A stretch of DNA of 61,815 bases, filler included, from 6 parts of 6 records of this genome joined end to end with filler, not necessarily neighbours in it, one strand, 5' to 3'; shown: positions 1 through 9,468, counted from the first letter of the whole stretch. The notes: a model not told the origin generated them from the letters alone. Numbers and translations are program-made.

Positions 1-1
1 C

Positions 2-193
2 GATATCGGCTGGGGCCACCAGATCCGTTCATACGTCCTGCAGCCTTACCAGTTGGTCAAGGATCTGAGAACCGGCGTTGAAAGCACGTCGCCCTCAGAT
101 GTTCTCGATGGTGCGGTCAGCCCATTCATGGAAGCAGCGCTTGCCCATCGTATCGACGGTTCGGCCGGTGGTGACGTTGATGATATCGACTGA
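2..193 (+). CDS. prfB: Peptide chain release factor 2, C-terminal fragment (5' truncated)
   Basis: Manual translation of frame 2: [25 protein letters not shown]...DDID*. The WGxQIRSYV motif is typical of RF2. Not in the ORF track. Confidence 0.95.
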   Translation, partial: DIGWGHQIRSYVLQPYQLVKDLRTGVESTSPSDVLDGAVSPFMEAALAHRIDGSAGGDVDDID

Positions 194-213
194 TCTTCAG
201 GTGTTGTGAAACT

Positions 214-251
214 AAAAACGCCGCGCCCCTGATCCGGAGCGCGGCGTTTTT
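214..251. terminator. Bidirectional rho-independent terminator
   Basis: AAAAACGCCGCGC...GCGCGGCGTTTTT inverted repeat with A/T tracts, between convergent prfB and the transglycosylase gene. Confidence 0.85.
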
Positions 252-272
252 ATTGGCGTGATTTTTCAAGGC

Positions 273-1466
273 TTACATCAGCGCCTGCAGAAGCGGCAGT
301 GTTGGCCAGCCGTCGGCGGGCATACCAAGACGGTTCTGCTCTTCGCGCACGGCGTTGCGTGTGCCGGCGCCAAGAATGCCATCAATATCTCCGACATCGT
401 ACCCCTTGCCGGCAAGAATGCGCTGGAGGCGCTTCATCTGGCTATCGGAAAGCCCTGTTTCCGGATTACCGGCTTTATAGGGCGGTGCGCCTTCAAAACG
501 CGTGGCGAAATAGGCGACCGATGTGGTGTAGATGAAGGACTGGTTCCATTTCAGATAAATGTCGAAGTTCGGGTAAGCGAGGAACGCCGGTCCGAAACGA
601 CCCTGCGGCATGAGAAGTGCAGCCGGGAGGTTTGAGTAACGGGTATTGCCGTCACGCGGCTGAACACCAAGCCGGAACCACTGGCCCGCTGTCATACCGC
701 CATCAAAGCCGGTCTTCATCCAGGGCAGATCCTGCGGAATAACGACTTCCTGTATCCACGGTTCATTCGGGCGCCAGCCGAGGCTTTGGATGAAATTGGC
801 AGCCGTCAGAAGCGCGTCCGGTGCGCTTTTCTTCACACGGACATGGCCGTCGCCGTCCCCATCAACGCCGAAGCGAATAATGTCTTCCGGCAGCATCTGG
901 ACCTGACCAAGCTCGCCGGCCCATGCACCGGTTTCGTTGTTAGGGTCGAAGTCGCCATGCTGGGTCATTTCAATGAGTGCGATCAGCTGCGGGCGGAAGA
1001 TTTCCGGACGTCGGCAATCATGTGCCAGCGTTACAAGCGCGTTACGCGTGTTGAAGCTACCCTGAACGGCGCCGAAGTCGGTCTCCATGGCCCAGAATGC
1101 TGTCAGCACTCCGGCAGGTACGCCATATTGCGATTTCGCCCGGTTGAATGTGCTGGCATATTGCTGGATTTTCTTGGCACCGATCTGAAGGCGGGAATTA
1201 CTGGCGGTGCGCTGCGAGAACTCAAGAAAGGTCTGCTTAAACACACCCTGCGCCCGGTCCATTTTCAGAACCTGATTACTGATCGAAGCGCCCGCCAGAA
1301 CGGCATCGGCAGCACTTGGCGAAAGGCCCTTTTGAACCGCTTCGCGTTTGACGCCATTCAGAAATTCGGAAAGAGGGCCGCCGCATTGCTGCGCCATTGC
1401 AGGGCTTGCTGCGAGTGATGAAAGTCCGGCGGCTACAATCGCCGCACGGATAGTCCTGGAAAACAT
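273..1466 (-). CDS. Lytic murein transglycosylase (MltB/SLT_2 family) with C-terminal peptidoglycan-binding domain
   Basis: Signal peptide; catalytic METDFG; GAWAGELGQVQMLP; DGDGDG calcium loop; C-terminal DGILGAGTRNAVR PG-binding motif. Confidence 0.92.
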   Translation of the reverse strand: MFSRTIRAAIVAAGLSSLAASPAMAQQCGGPLSEFLNGVKREAVQKGLSPSAADAVLAGASISNQVLKMDRAQGVFKQTFLEFSQRTASNSRLQIGAKKIQQYASTFNRAKSQYGVPAGVLTAFWAMETDFGAVQGSFNTRNALVTLAHDCRRPEIFRPQLIALIEMTQHGDFDPNNETGAWAGELGQVQMLPEDIIRFGVDGDGDGHVRVKKSAPDALLTAANFIQSLGWRPNEPWIQEVVIPQDLPWMKTGFDGGMTAGQWFRLGVQPRDGNTRYSNLPAALLMPQGRFGPAFLAYPNFDIYLKWNQSFIYTTSVAYFATRFEGAPPYKAGNPETGLSDSQMKRLQRILAGKGYDVGDIDGILGAGTRNAVREEQNRLGMPADGWPTLPLLQALM

Positions 1467-1535
1467 AGGCGTCTCCTCAAAGCTTGTGCCTGTTCGACAG
1501 AATATACTGGTCAGGGCAAGCCTAGCCTGATCCGC

Positions 1536-1550
1536 CTAAGCTTTCATTAA
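1536..1550. promoter_or_regulatory. CtrA-like binding site
   Basis: CTAA-GCTTTCA-TTAA, one mismatch to TTAA-N7-TTAA, about 70 nt upstream of the transglycosylase start. Confidence 0.4.
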
Positions 1551-1587
1551 AATCTGCGCTGCAACCCAACAACCGGAGCCGGTGGTT

Positions 1588-2247
1588 TCACCGGCGTGTC
1601 AGCACTGCCAACCAAGCATAGCCGCGATTGATCGAGGTGAAGGAGAATTTCGCGTCTGAATTCTGTGCATGTGACGACAGCACGTCATGCATGTCTGCGC
1701 GCGGCGTGACATTAAATTTCTCAAGCCAGCCTTGTAACCCGGCCTTAAACCAGCCGGGCAGGCCCTCCTGCTGACCAAAGTCAACGACATGAAGTGATCC
1801 TCCTGGATTGAGGGCATTAAGCGCGCATTCGGTTGCCTTCTCCCAGCCGGGGATCATCGAAATTGCATAGGAAATCATGATCCGGTCAAAGCCATGGATG
1901 CCGAAGTCTTCTGCGTGGAAATTACAGGCATCTACCGCCTTGAAGACCGGTTGGCGGTCTTCGTTTTTGAAAGCCGCACGGGCACTCACCAGCATTTCGG
2001 TGGAGATGTCGAAACCGTAAAGTCGTGCATCGGGATAGCGGCTTGCAGCCTGTTTCAGATTGCGGGCCGTGCCGCAGGCCACTTCCAGCAGGGAGCCGCC
2101 CGGCGGAACATCGAGACCTTCGATCATTCGGTCACGGCCGAAGAGGTAGTATTTCCGGGTCAGGTCGTAGATGTGTCGTTGATAACGATACATCGAATCC
2201 ATGGCGGCTGCGTGGCGGTCTTTGCCGGTTCCTTCATGATCTGTCAT
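1588..2247 (-). CDS. btaB: SAM:diacylglycerylhomoserine N-methyltransferase (betaine lipid DGTS synthesis)
   Basis: MYRYQRHIYDLTRKYYLFGRD N-terminus; SAM motif LEVACGTAR; lies directly downstream of btaA. Confidence 0.9.
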   Translation of the reverse strand: MTDHEGTGKDRHAAAMDSMYRYQRHIYDLTRKYYLFGRDRMIEGLDVPPGGSLLEVACGTARNLKQAASRYPDARLYGFDISTEMLVSARAAFKNEDRQPVFKAVDACNFHAEDFGIHGFDRIMISYAISMIPGWEKATECALNALNPGGSLHVVDFGQQEGLPGWFKAGLQGWLEKFNVTPRADMHDVLSSHAQNSDAKFSFTSINRGYAWLAVLTRR

Positions 2248-2249
2248 TT

Positions 2250-3491
2250 TCAGACCTTTTCATAGATATGGAAACCGCCGTAGATAGCGGAGCGATCCTT
2301 CCTCCCCAGTTCTTCGGACTGTTGGTCAAGGTAGCGCCACTGGCCTGCAATCTCTGGCCAGATACGTCCTGCGATCACGCTTGGTTCTCCGGCGGTGCGG
2401 AAAATGACCCGGGCGCCATCCCGCGCGGTGCGCGTGATTTCGGCCCAGAGCGCGTTGAGCTGATGATCATTCATCCAGTCCTGTGCGTCGAGAAGCACGT
2501 AGCGGTCGGTCGAGGCGGCCTCTTTGCCCGCAAGAAGCTCGGTAAAACCGGCATGATGTACATTCACCCGTGCTGCATTCTCGCGGATCGGGTTGAACGC
2601 GGTTTCCTGAAGGTAGGTCGGCATTGCGCCGTCACCTGCATTTGGGTAGCAGCGGCCAAAGGCCTGCCAGGCGAAATAGTTGTCTTTCAGCGGAAACTGG
2701 CAGGCAAGCTTCTCCAGCCTTGCGCGTAGCAAAGGGGCAAGTGTTCCGTCCGGGCTGGCTTTTGCCAGTTCCTCATATTGCTGGGGTGGGATACCCAGCC
2801 CGAATAAAGAGGATTTGCGTGAGGTCGTCCAGCGAATAAGCGGCTTGTCGAAAAGGGGGGCAATCTTCTCATCAAAGAAACGCCGTTGTTCGCGCAGCGA
2901 TTTGGTTTCGGTTAATCGGGAAATATTGACGCCGTGCATGCGGGCGATGGCGTGACCTGCGCCAATGAAGTTGCCAAGCAGGCCGGTGCGGTAAATGTTG
3001 CGCTCGAACACAGTGATGCGCCTGCGACCAAGCTTGTCCCGGCTGTCCCAATAGCTGCGTGTCGGCGGGTCAAGGTGATCGGCAATATGCAGGTCATATT
3101 CGCTTGCACCACCTTTTTCCCCGTTCCCGAATAATCGCAGAATGGATGCGTGATCAGGTGCGTGTCGAAACGCTGCCAGCTTCAGTCTGTTGAGGGCGAT
3201 ATGGTGTGTATTGAGGTCAACAACGTCAATTCGCTCTGGCGCGCATGTGAGATAAGCCAGAACATTACATCCGCCAGAACCGATGGTGACCACACGATGC
3301 CTTGCGCCCAGTTCCATAGCCTCGATATCGACATCTGGATCTTCCCATATCTGCGGGTAAACAAGACCAGAAAACAAAAGCCCGAAAAAACGCTCCGAAA
3401 GCCCGTCCCGCGAAAACGCACGATGTTGCAGCAAAGCAGTTTTTAACCGATTGCCGGTTGTTGGATCGTTTCGCCGCTCAAGGCTGCTCAT
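2250..3491 (-). CDS. btaA: SAM:diacylglycerol 3-amino-3-carboxypropyl transferase (DUF3419)
   Basis: LVYPQIWEDP, IGSGGCN, NYFAWQAFGR, LLDAQDWM and DRSAIYGGFH motifs. Start taken at MSSLE (3491); the ORF extends to 3539. Confidence 0.92.
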   Translation of the reverse strand: MSSLERRNDPTTGNRLKTALLQHRAFSRDGLSERFFGLLFSGLVYPQIWEDPDVDIEAMELGARHRVVTIGSGGCNVLAYLTCAPERIDVVDLNTHHIALNRLKLAAFRHAPDHASILRLFGNGEKGGASEYDLHIADHLDPPTRSYWDSRDKLGRRRITVFERNIYRTGLLGNFIGAGHAIARMHGVNISRLTETKSLREQRRFFDEKIAPLFDKPLIRWTTSRKSSLFGLGIPPQQYEELAKASPDGTLAPLLRARLEKLACQFPLKDNYFAWQAFGRCYPNAGDGAMPTYLQETAFNPIRENAARVNVHHAGFTELLAGKEAASTDRYVLLDAQDWMNDHQLNALWAEITRTARDGARVIFRTAGEPSVIAGRIWPEIAGQWRYLDQQSEELGRKDRSAIYGGFHIYEKV

Positions 3492-3590
3492 CGTCGCTGC
3501 CGTCCTCTGCGCTTGGGGGAAACAGGTCTGAACAGGCATGAATCATCTGCCAGTGTGCCGCCCTTGATATCAAGCACCTAGATGATCTCT

Positions 3591-3608
3591 GCTAAAGTTT
3601 GATGACGG
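3591..3608 (-). promoter_or_regulatory. Pho-box-like PhoB site upstream of btaAB
   Basis: Minus strand CCGTCAT-CAAA-CTTTAGC: first half-site close to CTGTCAT, second degenerate. btaAB are known PhoB targets in rhizobia. Confidence 0.55.
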
Positions 3609-3641
3609 AGAAAAATCGTTGGAGCGAACGTTGGACAGCGC

Positions 3642-4277
3642 TCAGGCGGCATCCTGACGGTAGCGGGCTGAAACGCGCGGCAAGCCGGAGCGCAACAGCT
3701 TTTCAATTCTCAGCTTGCGGTCCTGAGCATTTTCCTTGCGAACACGAGAGGCCAGAAGCCGCGATACAAGGGCATAGGAAATCAGTGAAAGGGCGGCCAT
3801 GCAGATGTAAAGAAGAGAGATTGTCTGTAAGGGGTCACGCGATAATGCGGAAGGTTCAAGAAAGAGAACCAGAACAGCAGCCGGAAGGGCCAGTTCCGTT
3901 GAAGGTCTGGCCTTGGCCACAACTGCATACCAGAAGATTCGATGGAGCTTCTGAACTGGTTTATTGTCATTGGAGGCGACGGGGAAAGAGCGCCTGGCTT
4001 GTATCAGTGTCCTGATTGACAAAATAAGCAGGAATGCAACTGCTACGATACGAGCCAGGACAATGCCATCCGGCATGGCCATGAGGAAGAAAAAGACCAA
4101 TCCGGCAGCCGCACAAAATGAGACGGCCCGGGCAACGAAAAGTCCGAGACCAGCGGCAAACCGCGCACTCAGGCGACGCTGAAACTGCCAGCGGGCAAAA
4201 CCAAGCATTCTGCCCGAGGGGAGCGACAGCACCACGAAAACCAGCGCCGAAAAGGCGATCATGGCTTCGACTGACAA
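3642..4277 (-). CDS. Divergent LysE-like membrane protein
   Basis: Several hydrophobic segments; TTG start at 4277 with AGGAGG upstream; N-terminus (M)SVEAMIAFSALVFVVLSLPSG resembles LysE starts. Confidence 0.55.
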   Translation of the reverse strand: MSVEAMIAFSALVFVVLSLPSGRMLGFARWQFQRRLSARFAAGLGLFVARAVSFCAAAGLVFFFLMAMPDGIVLARIVAVAFLLILSIRTLIQARRSFPVASNDNKPVQKLHRIFWYAVVAKARPSTELALPAAVLVLFLEPSALSRDPLQTISLLYICMAALSLISYALVSRLLASRVRKENAQDRKLRIEKLLRSGLPRVSARYRQDAA

Positions 4278-4329
4278 TTTATACCACCTCCTGCCAACAG
4301 GAACATAAAAGCCCCGGAGGGAGGAAAAA

Positions 4330-5550
4330 TCAATGAGAGGGACCGAAATCCTGCCCGATTTCGTCCATGACGGCTTCAAACCAGCTTGTTTTCAGGTCGA
4401 AATGACCACCGCCCTTGATCCGGTTGAATTCAATCGTGCGCAACTGGCCGTTGCGTTCGACATCGTGGCCCGTGACACCGGACACACCGTCCAACGCGCT
4501 TTCGACGGCCAGATCGACCATCGAATGGATCAGCCGAAGGTCATCGCTGTTGGCAGGCGCCGAGCGGGCGTAGTAGCCGGATTTCTGGACCATTGAGCGT
4601 TCGGCGCCGAGAAGCGCTGCAAACTGCTTGGCGAACCAGTCGCCGACGTTGATCTTGTCGAGCTTGACATGACCGAATGCATCACGGGAGACTTCCGCGC
4701 CTGCGGCTTCGCGTTCGGCAACAATGGCATCAAGGCAGGCGCCTTCCGAGACAAAAAGTGATACGGAGCCGTTCTTGTCCATCACATCTTTCAGCCGGGC
4801 AGCTTCGGTTTGAAGGTCGAACGCCATCTCCGGCAGATAAACGCCGTCGAGCATCTTCATTGCCGGGTCCATCAGCATACCTTCGACATATTCAACGGTG
4901 CGTTGACGTTCGAGATAGGCGCGTGCGGTGGCAGCCGTCAGCCAGCCGCAGTTACGGCCCATGACTTCATGAATAATGAGCGTGCGTGGTGCGGCGCTTT
5001 GCTCGTTTGCAATATTATCGAAGAAAGCAGCGCCATATTCGGCAGCCGTCCAGGCGCCGAGCGTCTGTCGGATCGGCTTGACGTCATTGTCGACCGTTTT
5101 GGGCAGGCCGACGACGGTCAGGTCGTAACCGTTATTCTTCAGATAGGCGGCAAGGTCAGCGGCCGTGGTGTTGGTATCGTCCCCACCAATCGTGTGAAGG
5201 ATGGTGATGCCATCCCTGGTCAGCTGTTCGGCGGCAATCTTCAGAGGGTCTTCACCGGGGCCGACAAGGCCGCGTTTTTCGCAGTCTTTCTGATTGGTCA
5301 GTTTCACACGGCTGTTGCCAATCGGCGACCCGCCGAATTTGTGCAACCGCGAGGCCTGTTCACGAATGGCCGGTGTGATGGCGAAGCTGTCACCCGTCAA
5401 AAGGCCGGCATAGCCTGAGCGGTATGCGATGATCTCCGTATCGGGCGCAATATCGGAATAGCGCTCGATCAGCCCACCCACGGCAGACGAGAGGCAGGGT
5501 GCAAGACCCCCGGCGGTCAGCATGGCAACCTTGTGGCTCGACATTTTCAT
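4330..5550 (-). CDS. pfp: Pyrophosphate--fructose-6-phosphate 1-phosphotransferase
   Basis: TAGGLAPC, TIGGDDT (PPi-type Asp), PKTVDND and EVMGRNCGWL motifs. Confidence 0.95.
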   Translation of the reverse strand: MKMSSHKVAMLTAGGLAPCLSSAVGGLIERYSDIAPDTEIIAYRSGYAGLLTGDSFAITPAIREQASRLHKFGGSPIGNSRVKLTNQKDCEKRGLVGPGEDPLKIAAEQLTRDGITILHTIGGDDTNTTAADLAAYLKNNGYDLTVVGLPKTVDNDVKPIRQTLGAWTAAEYGAAFFDNIANEQSAAPRTLIIHEVMGRNCGWLTAATARAYLERQRTVEYVEGMLMDPAMKMLDGVYLPEMAFDLQTEAARLKDVMDKNGSVSLFVSEGACLDAIVAEREAAGAEVSRDAFGHVKLDKINVGDWFAKQFAALLGAERSMVQKSGYYARSAPANSDDLRLIHSMVDLAVESALDGVSGVTGHDVERNGQLRTIEFNRIKGGGHFDLKTSWFEAVMDEIGQDFGPSH

Positions 5551-5994
5551 CCTTCCATCAAAACGGTGGAATTATTCATACAGTATGCGACATGGATGCG
5601 ACAGGAGCGCTGCCGCTGTAAAGCCTGCAGGTGAAGAAAATAGTCGTTCCGGGTCATGCCCAGCGCAGAAATCAATGATGCCGCAATGTTGCCGATGCGA
5701 TGAAGCCCGACCGGAAAACAGCCTGAATTACTGGCCTTCCTCCAGCTTTGAAACGCTTTTGTCTGGCGGCCTCCGCGTGAATGAAGATAATCGGTGTGCC
5801 GCGATTGGAAATTTTTGTAAGGGGTTGCCGGGGATACGAAGTCATGAAAAGAGCGCTGCGACGAAGGTTGGATCTCATGAAGTGGTCGCGGAAAGTTGAA
5901 ATTGAACCGATCGGTTCGACTTGCATAAAAACATAAAACTGTTCAATCTGATGGCGGGTTTTCTGCGTTAGACCAGAATGAAGGAGTGCGCCTG

Positions 5995-6705
5995 ATGTCT
6001 TTCTGGGAAAAGCTGGTGAATTTTGTGAGCCAGTCGGCCGGCAGTGTTCTGACCGGCGTGGTCGAGGCCGTGCGCACGCTTTTTGAAGGTGACCCCGAAA
6101 CGCGGCGCCAGGTTGCGTTCTCCGTCTCGCTGATTGCGCTTTCCGCCAAGATGGCAAAAGCCGATGGTTTCGTCACGATGGAAGAGGTCAACGCATTTCA
6201 CGAAATTTTTGAGATCCCGGACAAGGAGCGTGGCAACGTTGCCCGCCTTTACAATCTCGCACGGCAGGATGTTGCCGGGTATGAAGCTTATGCGCAGAAG
6301 CTCAAAGGTCTTTGTGCAGGAGGTGAAGAAGGTTGTCCTATCCTTGAGGAAGTGATCGATGGACTGTTTCACATCGCCAAGGCCGATGGCGCAGTGCACG
6401 AAAACGAACTGGAGTTCCTGGCCCGCGTTGCAGAAATATTCGGGATCAGTGAAGTCCGTTTCAAGGCGATCTGTGCACGGCACATTGATCGTGGCCCGAA
6501 TGACCCTTACCGGGTTCTGGGGGTTAAGCGCTCGGATGATTTCTCCACGATCCGCAGCCGTTATCGTTCTCTGGTGGCGGAAAACCACCCCGACAAGCTG
6601 ATTGCGCGGGGCGTACCGAAAGAGTTTCACGCCGCTGCCAATGATCGTATGGCGATGATCAATGCAGCTTATGAAGAGATCGAACGCGAGCGCAAGGCGG
6701 CCTGA
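5995..6705 (+). CDS. DjlA-like co-chaperone (TerB-like domain + C-terminal J domain)
   Basis: LSAKMAKADG TerB-like motif; DPYRVLG...NHPDK J domain with HPD; SD AAGGAG upstream. Confidence 0.88.
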   Translation: MSFWEKLVNFVSQSAGSVLTGVVEAVRTLFEGDPETRRQVAFSVSLIALSAKMAKADGFVTMEEVNAFHEIFEIPDKERGNVARLYNLARQDVAGYEAYAQKLKGLCAGGEEGCPILEEVIDGLFHIAKADGAVHENELEFLARVAEIFGISEVRFKAICARHIDRGPNDPYRVLGVKRSDDFSTIRSRYRSLVAENHPDKLIARGVPKEFHAAANDRMAMINAAYEEIERERKAA

Positions 6706-6706
6706 T

Positions 6707-7366
6707 ATGGTTCCCCTCAATAGAACTTTGGCGTTCCCGGTATTGCTTTCGGGCGCAGTTTTTTGCGGATTTGCCATTCCGGTTCTGGCCGAGGATGATG
6801 ACCTGGCGAGGGCGCGCGAGATCGTTGTCAGCGCAAACCCGGATATGTGCAATCTGGATATGTTTTCCGGCGATTCCGACCGTCAGTATTCTGTTTCCTG
6901 GATGGAAACCGATTACGACGGCGCGCCGGTGGAACGTCACGGAAAGCTATACGAAGTCAACTGTTATGCCGGTGCCTATAATCTTGTCGCGGCCTATGTG
7001 TTCGCCTCCGGGGCGGGAAAAGATAAGGATATGGCACTGGTCTCATTTGCCTCGCCAACCTATAGTGTTGAATATGCCGATGGCGATACCACAAACACCC
7101 GGCTGAAGACTGATCCGGCCGTCAGTGGCTTTCAGGCCGATACATTGCTGATCAATCCGGTTTTTGATGCCGAAACCAATACGATTTCGACGTTTGAGAA
7201 GTGGCGCGGACTTGGTGATGCCTTTTCTGCGGGACACTGGGAACTGAATGAAGGGCGGTTTGTGCTGAAGTACTACGCAATTGATCCGGTTTACGAGGCT
7301 AATCTTGATAATCCGGCGGAATCGCTTTCCGATACGATTTTCGTTCTTTACGATGCAGAGCGCTGA
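6707..7366 (+). CDS. Secreted DUF1176-like protein
   Basis: Signal peptide; CYAGAYN and KWRGLGDA...W...GRFVL motifs; starts 1 nt after the djlA stop. Confidence 0.7.
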   Translation: MVPLNRTLAFPVLLSGAVFCGFAIPVLAEDDDLARAREIVVSANPDMCNLDMFSGDSDRQYSVSWMETDYDGAPVERHGKLYEVNCYAGAYNLVAAYVFASGAGKDKDMALVSFASPTYSVEYADGDTTNTRLKTDPAVSGFQADTLLINPVFDAETNTISTFEKWRGLGDAFSAGHWELNEGRFVLKYYAIDPVYEANLDNPAESLSDTIFVLYDAER

Positions 7367-7456
7367 AACCAGGCAGCAGGGCCATTGCGGTTTTGAAAGG
7401 TGATCGTGTGTGCCCGGCAGAGGGTGGCGTCGATCCCGATTGGTGGGAAGGTGAGG

Positions 7457-8644
7457 ATGGCGCAACATTTCAGAATAATCATTATTGGTCGGGGGTTGAT
7501 GGGAAGCGCTGCCGCCCGGCACCTTGCATCCATGACGGACGGTGTAGCCGTTATCGGGCCTGATGAGCCACTGGACAAGGCCAGCCATGAGGGTGTTTTC
7601 GCGAGCCATTACGACGAAGGCCGTATCACCCGGACGATCGACCGCGATCCGGTCTGGGCCGAACTCGCCAACCGATCGATTGCGCGCTACCGGGAGATAG
7701 AGCATGAAAGCGGGATCGACTTCTACAGTGAGGTCGGCGCACTGATTGCTGCACCTTCGAGGTCGTGCAGTCGCTATATCGAGGCCGTGATCAGCGCGGC
7801 CGCAAGCTGCGGGGTGACGCCGGAAAGGCTGGACGAAACAGCACTTGCGCGGTGGTTTCCCTATTTCGAATTTGCAGGTGCCTCCGAAGGTCTCTATGAG
7901 ACGCAAAGTGCCGGACATATTTCGCCGCGCCGCATGGTGGCTGCTCAATCGCTTCTGGCCGGAAACGCCGGAGCAACGGTGATTGTCGAAACTGTGACGC
8001 AAGTGCACGAAAAAGCAGAGCATGTCGTTGTCGAGGTCGGTAGCGGTGCGGTTTACACGGCTGAGCATGTGCTGGTTGCCGCGGGTGGTTTCACCATCAA
8101 CGACAAGCTGCTGCCGCGTAAAGTCGATCTGCATGTGTTCGCCCGTACAGTGGCGTTTTTTGAAATTGATGAAGATGAGGCTGAAGCGCTCGCTGGTATG
8201 CCAAGCCTGATCTATAAGCCTGGCCCGAGCGACGGTGGTATTTATCTGCTTCCGCCGATCCGTTATCCCGACGGACGGCTCTATCTCAAGATAGGTGGTG
8301 ACCCCGATAACCTGCCTTTGAAGACAGAAGCGGCTGTCAGGCACTGGTTTCGCGCAGAAGGACAGAACGCGACGCGCGAACATCTGACGCGGATCATTTG
8401 CGATCTCATGCCCGGCATCCGTGTTCTCAATACCAAGACAGGTACCTGCGTGACATCCTATTCACCATCCGGCTATCCGATGATCGGCTTTGTGCCGTCA
8501 AGCCGTGTCGCAGTGTTGACCGCCGGGTGCGGGGCGGGGGCGAAAAGCTCTGATGAGATCGGCCGTCTCGGTGCCATTTTGATGCATCGTGGAACACTGA
8601 AAGATGAAAACTATCCGGTCGATTTCGCGCCGGCATTTCAGTGA
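7457..8644 (+). CDS. FAD-dependent oxidoreductase, monomeric sarcosine oxidase/DAO-like
   Basis: IIGRGLMGSAAA dinucleotide fold; SHYDEGRITR; GAGAKSSDEIGRLGA C-terminal motif. Confidence 0.85.
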   Translation: MAQHFRIIIIGRGLMGSAAARHLASMTDGVAVIGPDEPLDKASHEGVFASHYDEGRITRTIDRDPVWAELANRSIARYREIEHESGIDFYSEVGALIAAPSRSCSRYIEAVISAAASCGVTPERLDETALARWFPYFEFAGASEGLYETQSAGHISPRRMVAAQSLLAGNAGATVIVETVTQVHEKAEHVVVEVGSGAVYTAEHVLVAAGGFTINDKLLPRKVDLHVFARTVAFFEIDEDEAEALAGMPSLIYKPGPSDGGIYLLPPIRYPDGRLYLKIGGDPDNLPLKTEAAVRHWFRAEGQNATREHLTRIICDLMPGIRVLNTKTGTCVTSYSPSGYPMIGFVPSSRVAVLTAGCGAGAKSSDEIGRLGAILMHRGTLKDENYPVDFAPAFQ

Positions 8645-8715
8645 TCATTTCTGAGCAAGGATAAACGACGATATTGTGATGGTAATTCCCGGTCGTCTCG
8701 TATAGGAAAGCCGCA

Positions 8716-8835
8716 CCAGTTGGCCGGGCGGCCGCGCTTTGCCAATGCCGAAAGGCGGCAGGGTGAGGAAAGTCCGGGCTCCACGGAAACACGGTGCCGG
8801 AAAAAGTCCGGCGGGGGCGACCCCAGGGAAAGTGC
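8716..8835 (+). ncRNA. rnpB: RNase P RNA, 5' part (truncated by contig end)
   Basis: CCAGTTGGCCGGGCGGCCGCG...GAGGAAAGTCCGGGCTCCA...GGGGGCGACCCCAGGGAAAGTGC, the conserved class A RNase P signature. Confidence 0.96.
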
Positions 8836-8935
8836 NNNNNNNNNNNNNNNNNNNNNNNNNNNNNNNNNNNNNNNNNNNNTTAATTAATTAANNNNNNNNN
8901 NNNNNNNNNNNNNNNNNNNNNNNNNNNNNNNNNNN
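8836..8935. other. Artificial contig spacer 1
   Basis: 44 N + TTAATTAATTAA (stops in all frames) + 44 N. Confidence 0.99.
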
Positions 8936-8937
8936 AG

Positions 8938-9468
8938 GACCCCTACGGCTCGCTCAACCCGCGCCGCACCATTGGCGACCAGCTGGTCGAGGGGCCGGTG
9001 AACTTTGACGAAAACCGCGCCAAAGCCATGGAACGTGCCCGCGAGCTGATGAAGATCGTGCGGCTCGATCCCGAGGTGCTGAACCGCTATCCCAACCAGT
9101 TCTCGGGCGGTCAACGCCAGCGGATCTGCATCGCACGCGCCCTGATGGTCGAGCCGAAAATCCTGATTGCGGACGAGGCGGTTTCGGCCTTGGATGTCTC
9201 CGTGCAAAAGGAGGTGCTCAAATTGCTGAATGAAATCCGCGACCGGATGGGGCTGACGGTCCTGTTCATCACCCACGACCTGCGCGTCGCCGCACAGGTT
9301 TGTGACACGCTGATCGTCATGCAACAGGGCGATGTGGTGGAACGCGGCACCGTCGAACAGGTCTTTGGCGCGCCGTCGCACCCCTACACCCGGATGCTGC
9401 TGGACGCGCAGCCCGGCAAGCATTGGGTCGTGCCCGATGTCTCCACTCTGCCCCCGGCCGTCGCATGA
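8938..9468 (+). CDS. Dipeptide/oligopeptide ABC transporter ATPase, C-terminal fragment
   Basis: DPYGSLNPR, FSGGQRQR signature, IADEAVSALD Walker B, ITHDL, HPYTRMLL. Confidence 0.93.
   Translation, partial: DPYGSLNPRRTIGDQLVEGPVNFDENRAKAMERARELMKIVRLDPEVLNRYPNQFSGGQRQRICIARALMVEPKILIADEAVSALDVSVQKEVLKLLNEIRDRMGLTVLFITHDLRVAAQVCDTLIVMQQGDVVERGTVEQVFGAPSHPYTRMLLDAQPGKHWVVPDVSTLPPAVA

Noticed and set aside
3564-3573. TTGATATCAA as an FNR/FixK box upstream of btaA
   Set aside because: Lacks the 4-nt spacer of TTGAT-N4-ATCAA
5551-5900. ORFs 5522-5899 (+) and 5672-6157 (-) in the pfp-djlA gap
   Set aside because: They overlap real genes, lack a convincing SD, and have non-protein-like composition
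8836-8935. Repeated TTAATTAATTAA within N runs, as a biological repeat or CtrA site
   Set aside because: Identical synthetic all-frame-stop linker at all five joins
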